A stretch of 25,485 bases of DNA. It comes from an uncultured Anaerolineae bacterium. Lineage in GTDB: Bacteria > Chloroflexota > Anaerolineae > Aggregatilineales > Aggregatilineaceae. The stretch is from the NCBI GenBank assembly GCA_965554365.1, contig CBEVZO010000001.1:1-25485 (forward strand), in the 5' to 3' direction. The translations under genes and the position numbers were made by a program. Below are positions 1-9,300 of the stretch, piece by piece. Below the pieces are notes generated by a model. That model was given only the letters and a program-made list of their open reading frames with translations. It did not search any database and was not told the DNA's origin. Position 1 is the stretch's first letter, and every line of letters starts with the position of its first letter.

Positions 1-2178
1 ATGCTCACCCAGCGCCAGGAACTCGCCCACTGCCAAATCGAGATCGAGCAGGTCGAAATACTCGTCACTGAGGAACACGACCTCGACCGGGATCATGTCG
101 TCGGCGTTGTAGAGCGTGTCGATCCACACACCATCACGCCACACGAATGTGCGATCCCCGGCGTACAGCACCTGTTGTCCGTATGCGTTGGCGTCGTGAC
201 CTTCGTAGTATCTATCCCCGTCGGTGGGTGCGTTACCGCCGCCACCGGCTTCGCCAGCCTCGCGGGCCGCGTTTGCCTGTGTGGTTGATGTTGGTGCAGC
301 AGGCATAGGGGCTTCTGCGTCGGCGAGTCCGGCAGTGGTTTCAGCCGCACCAACTGCATTCGCACCGGATACCGCGTCAAACGCTTCGTCGGTTTCCGCC
401 TCGAACACCGTTTGCGCTTCTTCCACCCCGGTCTGGGTGAAGATGTCGTCTTCGGTAATCAGGAACGAGGTGTAGGGCGTGATGATGCCGTAGCGGATGC
501 TGAGGCGCACAATACTCTCGACCAGTTCAGGGTCTTCGCCGTGCCACCGGATCGCGTTGAGCAGCGCGCCGATTTTGCGCGTGGCCCACAGGCGCGGGAT
601 GAAGACCTCGCCGCCTGCGTTGGCACGGAAGCGCACCTCGTAGATGTACGATTTGCGCGCGCCTTCGAGTTCGCCGCTCAGACGCACGGTAGCCCATCCG
701 TCATCACGATAACGGCCCACGACAATCAACTGTGTGCCCACGAACAGATCCGGCAGCGGCGCATCAGGGTACATATCCTCGATCCGCACGCCGTCTACTT
801 CCAGTTCCACATTGGTCAGCACGGGGGAGTTGATCTTGGTGTAGAGGCTGCTCACTTCCTCGTCGATGCGCTCATCAGGCCGCACATACGTTCCCGCGCC
901 TCCGAATGCTTGATACAACTGGTCCAGCAGGAAAGTGTCCACGTCATCGCCCACGCCAAAGGTGAAGATGCGCACGTTACGTGGCGCGGAACGCTCCACG
1001 TTTTCCAAAATCTCGGCGGAGTCGGTTTCGCCCTCGGTGGGGAGGCCATCGGTCAGGAACAACACGACGGTTGAGCGCTCGCGGTCGGCCATGTTCATGG
1101 CTTCATTTAATGCGCCGTCGATGTCTGTGCCGCCGAGCGCCTCCAGGCTATTGACCCACTCTGTCGCCTCGCGCGCTTCAGCGACAGGTTGGAGATCGTC
1201 GGCAAAGACGCGCACGCCGGTGCTGAATACCACCACGTTAAAGCGATCATACCGGTTGAGATTGTCTAGCACGAAGGCCACCGCATCACGCGCTTGGTCC
1301 CACTTGTCGCCGTACATTGACCCGGATTGGTCCAGCACGATGATCACGTCTTTGGGGATCACGCGGTCTTCATCGACGGTGAAGGGCGGGGTGATCATTA
1401 GTGTGAAGAAGCCGTCTTCCCGCGCGCTCTCACGGTAGGTGAGCAGATTCACGTCGATCTCATCGGTCGCCAGCCCGTAGTAGAGGCTGAAATCCGTTTC
1501 CGGGCGCACAAAGGTCGCTTCGTATCCGGCACGAAACTCAAAGTCGCCGTCGCGCGAGATGGCGATGGGGTGCGTGGGCGAGTAGATTGTGCTGATCGGG
1601 TCGTTGGACTCGACGCTCACGCTGATGCTGATCTGCTCTACTGGGCGGCGGGTCAGATGATCGGTGCGCAGCGGATATTCGTAATGCACCAGCCCGTTTT
1701 CGACCGGCAAAAGCTGTGCGTATTCGATCTCGATTTTCACTTCCGAGTGCGGCAGGATCGGGAACACGCTGGCCTGAATCGCACCCGCGCCCACATATTC
1801 CAGCAGGGCGGGATCGCGCATCTGGCGCACAATCTGATCGTAGATTTCGCGCGCTTCGTCGGCGTCCAGAATGTTCGCTTCAATCGGTTCGCCGTTGACC
1901 CACATGATCAGGTCGGATACGGCTGCGCCTATCGGCAGCGGGAACACATACGTTCCTTCTTCCATCCAATCGTTGTGATTGGCGAATACTTGCTCGATGC
2001 GCGTGGTGGCGACTTGATTGTCGATCTCTACGCTGACGTGATGCGCTTCGATGACCACACCACGTTGCGCTTGCGAAAGCTGCATGGGGGCCTGGGGCGC
2101 GGATTGATGTGCCAGCGCCGGGCTAACCCCGATCAGGACCAGCGCCACTAAGACCAGTAACGTCACTGCACGTTTCAT
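1..2178 (-). CDS. Secreted VIT + von Willebrand factor A domain protein (inter-alpha-trypsin-inhibitor heavy-chain-like); 3' end lies beyond the left edge
   Basis: Absent from the ORF track (no stop in window); segments translated by hand, all in one frame. ATG at 2178 with AGGAGG RBS. Signal peptide MKRAVTLLVLVALVLIGVSPALA. VIT-like segment HVSVEIDNQVATTRIEQVF...EGTYVFPLP...RDPALLEY. VWA MIDAS DVIIVLDQSGS (~1318-1350), GGTDI, LFLTDG, FGVGDDVDTFLLD. C-terminal RTFVWRDGVWIDT. Confidence 0.92.
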   Translation of the reverse strand, partial: MKRAVTLLVLVALVLIGVSPALAHQSAPQAPMQLSQAQRGVVIEAHHVSVEIDNQVATTRIEQVFANHNDWMEEGTYVFPLPIGAAVSDLIMWVNGEPIEANILDADEAREIYDQIVRQMRDPALLEYVGAGAIQASVFPILPHSEVKIEIEYAQLLPVENGLVHYEYPLRTDHLTRRPVEQISISVSVESNDPISTIYSPTHPIAISRDGDFEFRAGYEATFVRPETDFSLYYGLATDEIDVNLLTYRESAREDGFFTLMITPPFTVDEDRVIPKDVIIVLDQSGSMYGDKWDQARDAVAFVLDNLNRYDRFNVVVFSTGVRVFADDLQPVAEAREATEWVNSLEALGGTDIDGALNEAMNMADRERSTVVLFLTDGLPTEGETDSAEILENVERSAPRNVRIFTFGVGDDVDTFLLDQLYQAFGGAGTYVRPDERIDEEVSSLYTKINSPVLTNVELEVDGVRIEDMYPDAPLPDLFVGTQLIVVGRYRDDGWATVRLSGELEGARKSYIYEVRFRANAGGEVFIPRLWATRKIGALLNAIRWHGEDPELVESIVRLSIRYGIITPYTSFLITEDDIFTQTGVEEAQTVFEAETDEAFDAVSGANAVGAAETTAGLADAEAPMPAAPTSTTQANAAREAGEAGGGGNAPTDGDRYYEGHDANAYGQQVLYAGDRTFVWRDGVWIDTLYNADDMIPVEVVFLSDEYFDLLDLDLAVGEFLALGEH

Positions 2179-2234
2179 GATGTCCTCCTAAGTTGTGTGC
2201 TTTGATTGCGGTATGTTTTGAACCTCACTACGCC

Positions 2235-2263
2235 TAAGACGCTGGGTTCTGTTGAAAAGTTCC
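2235..2263 (-). promoter_or_regulatory. ECF sigma-type promoter for the VIT-VWA gene
   Basis: Minus strand reads GGAACTT-TTCAACAGAACCCAGC-GTCTTA (GGAACTT-N16-GTCTNA), close to the RpoE-type consensus, ~57 nt upstream of the ATG. The same motif and spacing recur at 6260. Confidence 0.7.
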
Positions 2264-2338
2264 ATTTGTGGGTTCAGCGGCGTGCCTTTTCAGATGGATT
2301 GGGGCATACTTGTAGGCGTAGTGTAGGAGATCGAAACT

Positions 2339-3334
2339 GTGCATCGCTATTTGATTGACTGGTTACAGTGCCCCGCGTGTCATGCGTCGCTGACGTGGAC
2401 GCTGAGCGAAACTATTGATGATTGTATCGAAACTGCCGAGGCACGTTGTATCGGCTGCGCTGCGGTGTATCCCGTGCGCGAGGGCATCGGTGTTTTTCTG
2501 ACGCCCGATCTGCCACGTAACGATCTGTGGGAACACGTAGACAGTGGATTGATGCGCCATTTACGCGAGAATCCAGATGTCGAACGCGCGTTGATGGATG
2601 GACCGACGGAAACGTTGAGTCCCACCGACCGGTTTTTTCGTATGATGGTACTGGAAGAACGTGGGCAGTTCGAGGCGGCACGGGCGCTCAAAGACTGGAC
2701 GCTGCCTGCGCTGTACACCAAAGCGTACAACCTGGGATGGCAGCAGCAAACGGAGTATGTCATCGACCAACTGCGTAAAACCAGCGTGCCGGTGGTTGAT
2801 CTGGCCTCTGGGCGCGGCTATCTGGTGGAGCAGGTGGCGCGACAGTTGCCCAACTATGTTGTGGCGACAGATTTCAGCCCACGCGTGTTGCGCCGCAACC
2901 AGGCGTTGTGGCGGCATTTCGGGTTGTGTGACCGTGTGAGCCAGATCGCGTTTGATGCGCGCCGTACCCCATTCAAGAACGGGGCTGTCAGTGTGATGAC
3001 AAGCAATCTCGGTTTGCCGAACATTGAACAACCCGGCAATCTGGTGCGCGAACTGCGGCGCGTGGTCGCCGAGCGATTGTTGTCGGTGATGCACTTTTTC
3101 CCTGAAGATGACGCTACCCATGCAGGTCCGATCCGTGAGCATGGTTTGGACACTATGTTATATGCGCGGCGGGCGTTGGCGGCGTTTGGATCTGCGGGGT
3201 GGCAGGTGGTGTTGGAAAATGCGTTTACAGGTCCGGCCAGCCCCACGCCGCACGGCGATATTATCCCTTCTGGCGTAGATGGGCTGCCGGTAGCAGATAC
3301 AATGTTGACCTGGGCTGTGCTGGTGGCACATTGA
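2339..3334 (+). CDS. Trm112-like Zn-ribbon fused class I SAM-dependent methyltransferase
   Basis: GTG start with TAGGAG RBS. N-terminal LQCPAC...CIGCAAVYPVREGI resembles Trm112. SAM motif I VVDLASGRGY, followed by VVATDFS, FDARRTPF and post-II SNLGL. Confidence 0.82.
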   Translation: MHRYLIDWLQCPACHASLTWTLSETIDDCIETAEARCIGCAAVYPVREGIGVFLTPDLPRNDLWEHVDSGLMRHLRENPDVERALMDGPTETLSPTDRFFRMMVLEERGQFEAARALKDWTLPALYTKAYNLGWQQQTEYVIDQLRKTSVPVVDLASGRGYLVEQVARQLPNYVVATDFSPRVLRRNQALWRHFGLCDRVSQIAFDARRTPFKNGAVSVMTSNLGLPNIEQPGNLVRELRRVVAERLLSVMHFFPEDDATHAGPIREHGLDTMLYARRALAAFGSAGWQVVLENAFTGPASPTPHGDIIPSGVDGLPVADTMLTWAVLVAH

Positions 3335-3364
3335 CCAGATCATTTGCAATGAAGGACAGTCACG

Positions 3365-4579
3365 ATGCCTGAACATCACACGTTGGTTGAACTGGATGCT
3401 GCGCGGTTGATGGACGACGTGCGGCAGTTAAGCGTTGAGATTGGCCCGCGTCCGGCGACAAGCCCCGCAGAGCATGAAGCAGCCGATTATCTGCACGCTC
3501 AGTTATGCAGCGTGAATCCCCACTGGGAACTGCTTACGCAGACATTTCGCAGCTTGGACGGATTCCGTTACCGTATTGCGCCATTGGCGTTTCTGGCAGG
3601 CTTGAGCTTGCTCGTCGGACTGCGCCGCGACCGTGAAACGCAAATTACTAGCGGGCTGTTTTCAATTGCGTTGAGCATTCTCAGCCGCGATGCGTTTCTT
3701 GCGCGCCCGGCAGTGTGGGAGGAGTGGCTGCCGCGCGGGGCATCACAGAATGTGATCGTGCGCATTCCGCCGCGTCGCCGCATCGACCGCCGGATTGTTT
3801 TTGTGGCGCACATGGATTCAGGTGTGCATCGCCTGACCACCACACCAGGTGTGGCGCGCCACCTACCACGCACGCTGGGCGGCATTACCTTGATGGCGTT
3901 GGTGGGCGGTGTGCTGACGGCGCTGTCGGGACGCAACCAACGCTGGCGCGAAATCCGTGCGTTGATCGCGGCGTCGGCGCTGGCCGGGTCCGGGCTGGCA
4001 ATGGTAGACGAAATGGGGGCCAAAGTTGCCGGGGCGATTGGCAATGCGTCCGGTGTCGCGGCGCTGATGGGATTAGCGCGCACCCTGCACGCTCGTCCCG
4101 CGAACTCCACCGAAGTGATCCTCGCCTTCACGGGCAGCGCGACCGCTGTCTCGACTGGCGCGGATGTGCTGGCGACCGAGTACGGCAAGGCGTGGAAAGA
4201 TGCGCTGTGGGTGGTGGTGAACAACGTGGGGGCGGGTGAATTGTGCTGGGTGACACGGCACGGCATCAGCCCATACGCCTACTACTATCCCGATGACGAA
4301 GCGGTCAATGTGTTGGCACAGGTCGCGCAGACACGGCCTGATCTGGGGATGATGGGCAAGCAGATGTTGACAGTAGACGAGGTGGCGATCTTGCGCGACC
4401 GCGATCTACGGGCGGCGGCGTTGATGGCCTATGACCGTGTGACCGGTTTGCTCCCGCATTGGCGGCAGATCAGCGATACGGTGCATGAAGTGGAACCCGC
4501 CACGCTGGAACGCGCGGCTCATGCGTGTTGGACAGCGGTGCAGTTGGTCGATCAGGCTGATTCCTGGCCGTCTGCTTAG
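3365..4579 (+). CDS. Membrane-embedded M28-family peptidase homologue with degenerate active site (probable pseudoenzyme)
   Basis: [34 protein letters not shown], [12 protein letters not shown], EVILAFTG and SDTV give the M28 layout, with hydrophobic inserts. Most metal ligands are substituted (see findings). Confidence 0.8.
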   Translation: MPEHHTLVELDAARLMDDVRQLSVEIGPRPATSPAEHEAADYLHAQLCSVNPHWELLTQTFRSLDGFRYRIAPLAFLAGLSLLVGLRRDRETQITSGLFSIALSILSRDAFLARPAVWEEWLPRGASQNVIVRIPPRRRIDRRIVFVAHMDSGVHRLTTTPGVARHLPRTLGGITLMALVGGVLTALSGRNQRWREIRALIAASALAGSGLAMVDEMGAKVAGAIGNASGVAALMGLARTLHARPANSTEVILAFTGSATAVSTGADVLATEYGKAWKDALWVVVNNVGAGELCWVTRHGISPYAYYYPDDEAVNVLAQVAQTRPDLGMMGKQMLTVDEVAILRDRDLRAAALMAYDRVTGLLPHWRQISDTVHEVEPATLERAAHACWTAVQLVDQADSWPSA

Positions 4580-6129
4580 CGACTATCTTCCAATGTGGAT
4601 GACGCTAACGACTGTTTGAGATTCCATAGACGTTCGGTCAGTGAGACATGGTAAATGTGCGGATTGACCAGGCGTTTCACGCCAGGGTCCAGGCGCTCGA
4701 CATCGTGTTCGCGGCGTGCGCGCATCGCTTCCACGTCCGGCAAATCGTACACCAGTTGCCCATCGCGCAGCACTTCGACCAGCAGCGGCTCAATCTCCGA
4801 GATATATTCTCGGTCGATGGTGCGGCTTTTGGTGTGACGGGTATGGTGACGCAGTACAATGGGGTCCGCTGTGCGCGGGTCTTCATCGTCCAGGCTCAGC
4901 AGATCGGCGGTGGCTTTGCCGCGTGCGTCATATACGCGCCACACGCTTTTGTGCCCCGGGTTTGGCGTTTTATCCGTCGAGTCGGAGAGCTTGATCGCCG
5001 GTTTCCACGTTTCTCCCTCACACACCGCGACCAGTTTATATACGCCACCTAGTGCGGGTTCGCCCCAGGATGTGACGAGACGTGTCCCCACCCCAAAGAC
5101 CAGTCGGTTGATCAGATGGTCTGCGTCTACGTCCCAGCGCGGTGCTTCGTCGCGAATCTGCGTGAGAATTTGCCAGATTACCAGTTCGTCCAGATTATTC
5201 GATAACACGATGAGCGTATCGGGGAAGCCCGCTGCATCGAGCATCTTCGCGGCCTGGATACTGAGATATGCCAGGTCGCCGGAGTCTAACCGGATGCCAA
5301 TCGGTTTGTGGCCTTTGCGGCGCAGTTCCTCAAACACGGTGATCGCGTGGGGCACGCCGCTGCCGAGCGTGTTGATCGTATCTACCAGCAACAAACAATC
5401 GTCGGGATAGACGTCGGCGTAGGCGCGGAAGGCGCTGAGTTCGCCCATGCCCAACGCCATGAACACCTGTACCATGCTGTGCGCGTGCGTGCCTTTGGGC
5501 GGATAACCGAGCAGGCGCGAAATCCCCACGTTAGACGTGAAATCTGCCCCGCCGATCAACGCGGCCCGTGTTCCGGCGTTTGCGCCTCTCCCTTGCCCGC
5601 GTCGCAGCCCGAACTCTATGATCAGTCGTCCGCGTCCGGCCCGGTGCATTCGTGCGGCTTTGCTCGCGACGAGCGTCTGATAATTCAGATGGTTCAACAG
5701 CGAGGTTTCTAACAACTGCGCCGGGATGATCGGACCCATCACGACGGTCAGCGGTGTGTGGGGATGGACCACGCGCCCTTCAGGGATGGCGTGCAGCGAT
5801 AGCCCCTCAAATGTGCCGTTGGCTGCGAGCCACGCCAGAAAATCGTCGTGGAATACGCGGTTTCCGGTCCCGGAGGTGATGCTACGCAGGTACTCGATAT
5901 CATCCGGCTTAAAGTGCGCGTCTTGCATCCAGTTGAGGAGCCATTCCAGCCCCGCATTGACACAGTACCCCGCTTGGTGCGCGCCATAGTCGGGATAGCC
6001 CCGAAAGAAATGGTCAAACTGGGCTTTGCGTTCGTGCAGCCCCGTGCGGAAATATAGTTGAGCCATCGTCAACTGATACAGGTCGGTGAAGAGGATACCT
6101 TCGGCCATGCGGCGTTCGTTCGGTTTCAC
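4576..6129 (-). CDS. pncB: Nicotinate phosphoribosyltransferase
   Basis: [36 protein letters not shown] and GGVYKLV are NAPRTase motifs. Start re-called to GTG 6129 (GGAG 7 nt upstream); ATG 6135 or 6108 are alternatives. The ORF-track start at 6387 overlaps the divergent gene. Confidence 0.93.
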   Translation of the reverse strand: MKPNERRMAEGILFTDLYQLTMAQLYFRTGLHERKAQFDHFFRGYPDYGAHQAGYCVNAGLEWLLNWMQDAHFKPDDIEYLRSITSGTGNRVFHDDFLAWLAANGTFEGLSLHAIPEGRVVHPHTPLTVVMGPIIPAQLLETSLLNHLNYQTLVASKAARMHRAGRGRLIIEFGLRRGQGRGANAGTRAALIGGADFTSNVGISRLLGYPPKGTHAHSMVQVFMALGMGELSAFRAYADVYPDDCLLLVDTINTLGSGVPHAITVFEELRRKGHKPIGIRLDSGDLAYLSIQAAKMLDAAGFPDTLIVLSNNLDELVIWQILTQIRDEAPRWDVDADHLINRLVFGVGTRLVTSWGEPALGGVYKLVAVCEGETWKPAIKLSDSTDKTPNPGHKSVWRVYDARGKATADLLSLDDEDPRTADPIVLRHHTRHTKSRTIDREYISEIEPLLVEVLRDGQLVYDLPDVEAMRARREHDVERLDPGVKRLVNPHIYHVSLTERLWNLKQSLASSTLEDSR

Positions 6130-6259
6130 ACGCATACTCCCATCAGTGCAGATGTGCGATGCACGCAGATTATCTCGCAATCTGCACCAGAGCGCACACT
6201 TTGTTTGCGTTCTGCGTGCATCTGAGCGGTAATTAGGGTGCATCAGTTGCATGATCGCC

Positions 6260-6288
6260 GGAACAAACTGCGCTGGATCGGCGTCTAG
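6260..6288 (+). promoter_or_regulatory. ECF sigma-type promoter for the alpha-2-macroglobulin gene
   Basis: GGAAC-AAACTGCGCTGGATCG-GCGTCT-AG, identical core and 16-nt spacer to the VIT-VWA promoter; 55 nt upstream of the GTG start. Confidence 0.7.
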
Positions 6289-6343
6289 AGTGCGACACCC
6301 TTTGTTTTCATGTCGCGAGAAAAATATGCACAGGAGAGGAACC

Positions 6344-9300
6344 GTGAGTCGATACCGTATCGTTTTGCAACGCAGTACACTGCTCATCGTAGCGGCGCTG
6401 CTATTAATTTTGGTGGGGCAGTCGTTTGCCCAGGAGGACCGCGATCCGCTGCCGCCGCACGTACTCGCCGTGATGCCATATCCGGGCGAGGAAGTGCTGA
6501 CGGATCAGCCGGTCACGGTGATGTTTGATCAGCCCATGCACCGGGCCAGTGTCGAGGCGGCGTGGTCGCTGGACCCTGCCGCGACGGGCACGTTTGCCTG
6601 GACCGATGACCGCACCTTGACGTTTCTGCCGGATGGCGGTTGGCAGCGCGCGACGCGCTATGATGTCACGTTAGGCATAGCGGCGCAGGCCGCCAACGAT
6701 TTGCCGTTTGAAGACACCTATACGTTTTACGTGCAGACGATTGGCTATCTCGAAGTCTCGGCGGTGATCCCCGCGCCGGATGCCGAAGGTGTGCAGGCCG
6801 ACGCAACAATCATTGTGTCGTTTAATCGCCCGGTGGTTCCGCTGGTGTCTACGGCGCAGCTTGACGATCTCCCCGATCCGCTGATTTTCGATCCGGCGGT
6901 GGAGGGGCATGGCGAATGGCTCAACACGTCAATCTACCAGTTTATGCCCAAAAAACCGTTGGCGGGCGGCACGACGTTCAATGTGACGGTGGATGCAGGG
7001 CTGACGGATGTGCTGGGCGCGACGTTGGACGAAGCGTATAGCTGGAACTTCAAAACACTGCCGCCCGAAATCCTCAATGTCTCACCGTACAACGGGCAGC
7101 AGAACGTGCGCCTGGAAAATGTGGTCAGCGTGCAGTTCAGCCAGCCGATGGATCGCCCCAGCAGCGCGGAAGCGTTTATTCTGACGCACAACGGCGAACG
7201 TGTGCCTGGGGTGTTTGAATGGGCTGACGATGACCGCAGTTTTGTCTACCGCCCGGACGCGAATTTCGAGATCGAGTCGGTCTACACGCTCAACATCGCT
7301 ACCTCTGCGCGCAATGCGTCCGGTGAATCCACGCTGGAGGAGGGACTGTCGTATGTCTTCATGACCGTGCCCTATCCCGGCATCGCCGATACCGAGCCGG
7401 ACAACAACGAGCGTGATGTGTATCCGGGTGACGGCGTGTGGATTTATTTCAAGTCGCCCATGAATACTGAGACGTTCGAGGGTAAGGCGGAGATCATCCA
7501 GCCTGAGGGCGTGGCATGGGAGCCAGTCGTTTATGGCGACAGCCTGTACATGCAGTTCGCCACGCAGCAGAACACGGAATACGTGATCCGCTTCAAACGC
7601 GGCGCAGAAGACGTGTATGGCAACGCGATTGAAACGGACTACACGTTCAGTTTCCGCACCGGGGAGATTGATGCCTGGGCGTCGCTGCCGTTTGGGGATC
7701 GCTTCATGATCACCAGCGCCTACCGCGATGATACGCGCATCGCTATGAGTGTCGCCGCGCAGCCTATTGTGAGCTTTGGGTTGTACGATGTCGTCGTCGA
7801 TGACTACGCTATCGCGATGCAGGGCTATTACTACTACGATGAAGACTATCCGCTCAAGAATCCTGCGCGACTTGTGCGTGCCTGGACCGAGCAGCTTGAT
7901 GCCAGCCCAGCCTTGCAGGGTGTGGACGAAATCCTGCTGGCGGCGCAGGGGGGCGGCAGGCTGCCGTTGGGCGTGTATTATCTGGAAGTGCAGCAGCAAG
8001 AGACAGATCGTTATGCGCAGCGGATGCACCTCGCGGTGGTAACGGCTAATCTGACCGTGAAACGCACCCCGAACGAAATGCTTGTGTGGGTAACGGATAT
8101 TGCGTCCGGTGCGCCGCTGGCGAATGTGCCGGTCAGTTTGTACACCCACGAGGGAACGCTATTGGGCGTCAACGGAACCGATGCGGACGGCTTGATGCGT
8201 TTGCCGGTGGATCTCTCGCCTACCGACAACGAATTCGCTTATGCAGTGGCACAGAGCGACGATGTGTTTGGTGTGTGGATGTCGTGGAATGAAGCTGACT
8301 TGCCCGATCAGTCTGGTTATCTGTACACTGACCGCCCGATCTATCGCCCGGCTGAGACAGTCTACTTCCGGGGCGCGCTGCGTGTCAAGGATGACACCAC
8401 GTACACCGTGCCGGACGTGAACACGGTGCATGTACGCATCGACGTGAACTGGGGCGGACAGTTGTTGTGGGAAGGTGATTTGCCGCTGACTGAGTTCGGG
8501 ACATTTGATGGCGAGATCGAATTGCCGGAGGATGCGCAGCTTGGTGAGGCGCAAATCTACGCCGAAGCCGGCGGGCGCTACTACGCGCACAGCTACTTCA
8601 CGATCTCTGAGTTCCGCGTGCCAGAGTACAAGGTAGAGGTGACGCCGGACTACGACGAGATTGTGCAGGGTGATCCGGCGCGGGCCGCGATCACCGCGTC
8701 GTATTACTTCGGCGGGCCGGTGAGCAACGCGGACCTGAATTGGAATGCGTATGGCGATGTGGCCTATTTCAACTATGCCGGGCCGGGGCGCTACAACTTC
8801 ACCGATAATACGCAGGACTACTTTAGTTGGTACTACGTGGGCGGCGAGAGCGCAATCACCGACGCGAATGGTACGGTGATCGCGGCGCTGGAAAACACCA
8901 ACGCGCCGTCGATCCGCCCGATGACGATCAGCCTGGAAGGGGAAACTTACGACGAAAGCGGCCAGTATATCAGCGGACGCACGACCATCCTCGCGCACCC
9001 GGCGAATGTGTATGTGGGGCTGCGCACCGACCGCTACTTCGGGCGCGAAGGGTCACCGGTCAACCTCGATCTGATCGTTGTCACGCCGGAAAGTGATCCG
9101 TTGGCAGATCAGAAGATCGAACTCACGGTCATCGAAATCCGCTGGGAACGCGTGCCGCTTGAAGGTCAGTTTGGGCGCTACGAGTGGGAACGCCGCGAGA
9201 TCGAAGTTGAGACGAACGAGGTGCGCACCGGGCCGGATGGCACAGCACAGTACAGTTTCACGCCGCCGCAAGCGGGCATCTACCGCGTGCGCGCCGTGAG

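Noticed and set aside
412-2151. Plus-strand ORFs 412-1074, 935-1438 and 1570-2151
   Set aside because: Antisense shadows of the minus-strand VIT-VWA gene, which the ORF track missed because its stop lies outside the window.
2296-2321. GGATT-N15-GCGTAG as an ECF promoter for the methyltransferase
   Set aside because: The -35 lacks AAC and the spacer is one base short; kept only as part of the inverted-repeat finding.
6130-6387. ORF-track N-terminal extensions of pncB (to 6387) and A2M (from 6251)
   Set aside because: They would overlap head-to-head and cover the promoter and hairpins; better RBS-supported starts exist at 6129 and 6344.
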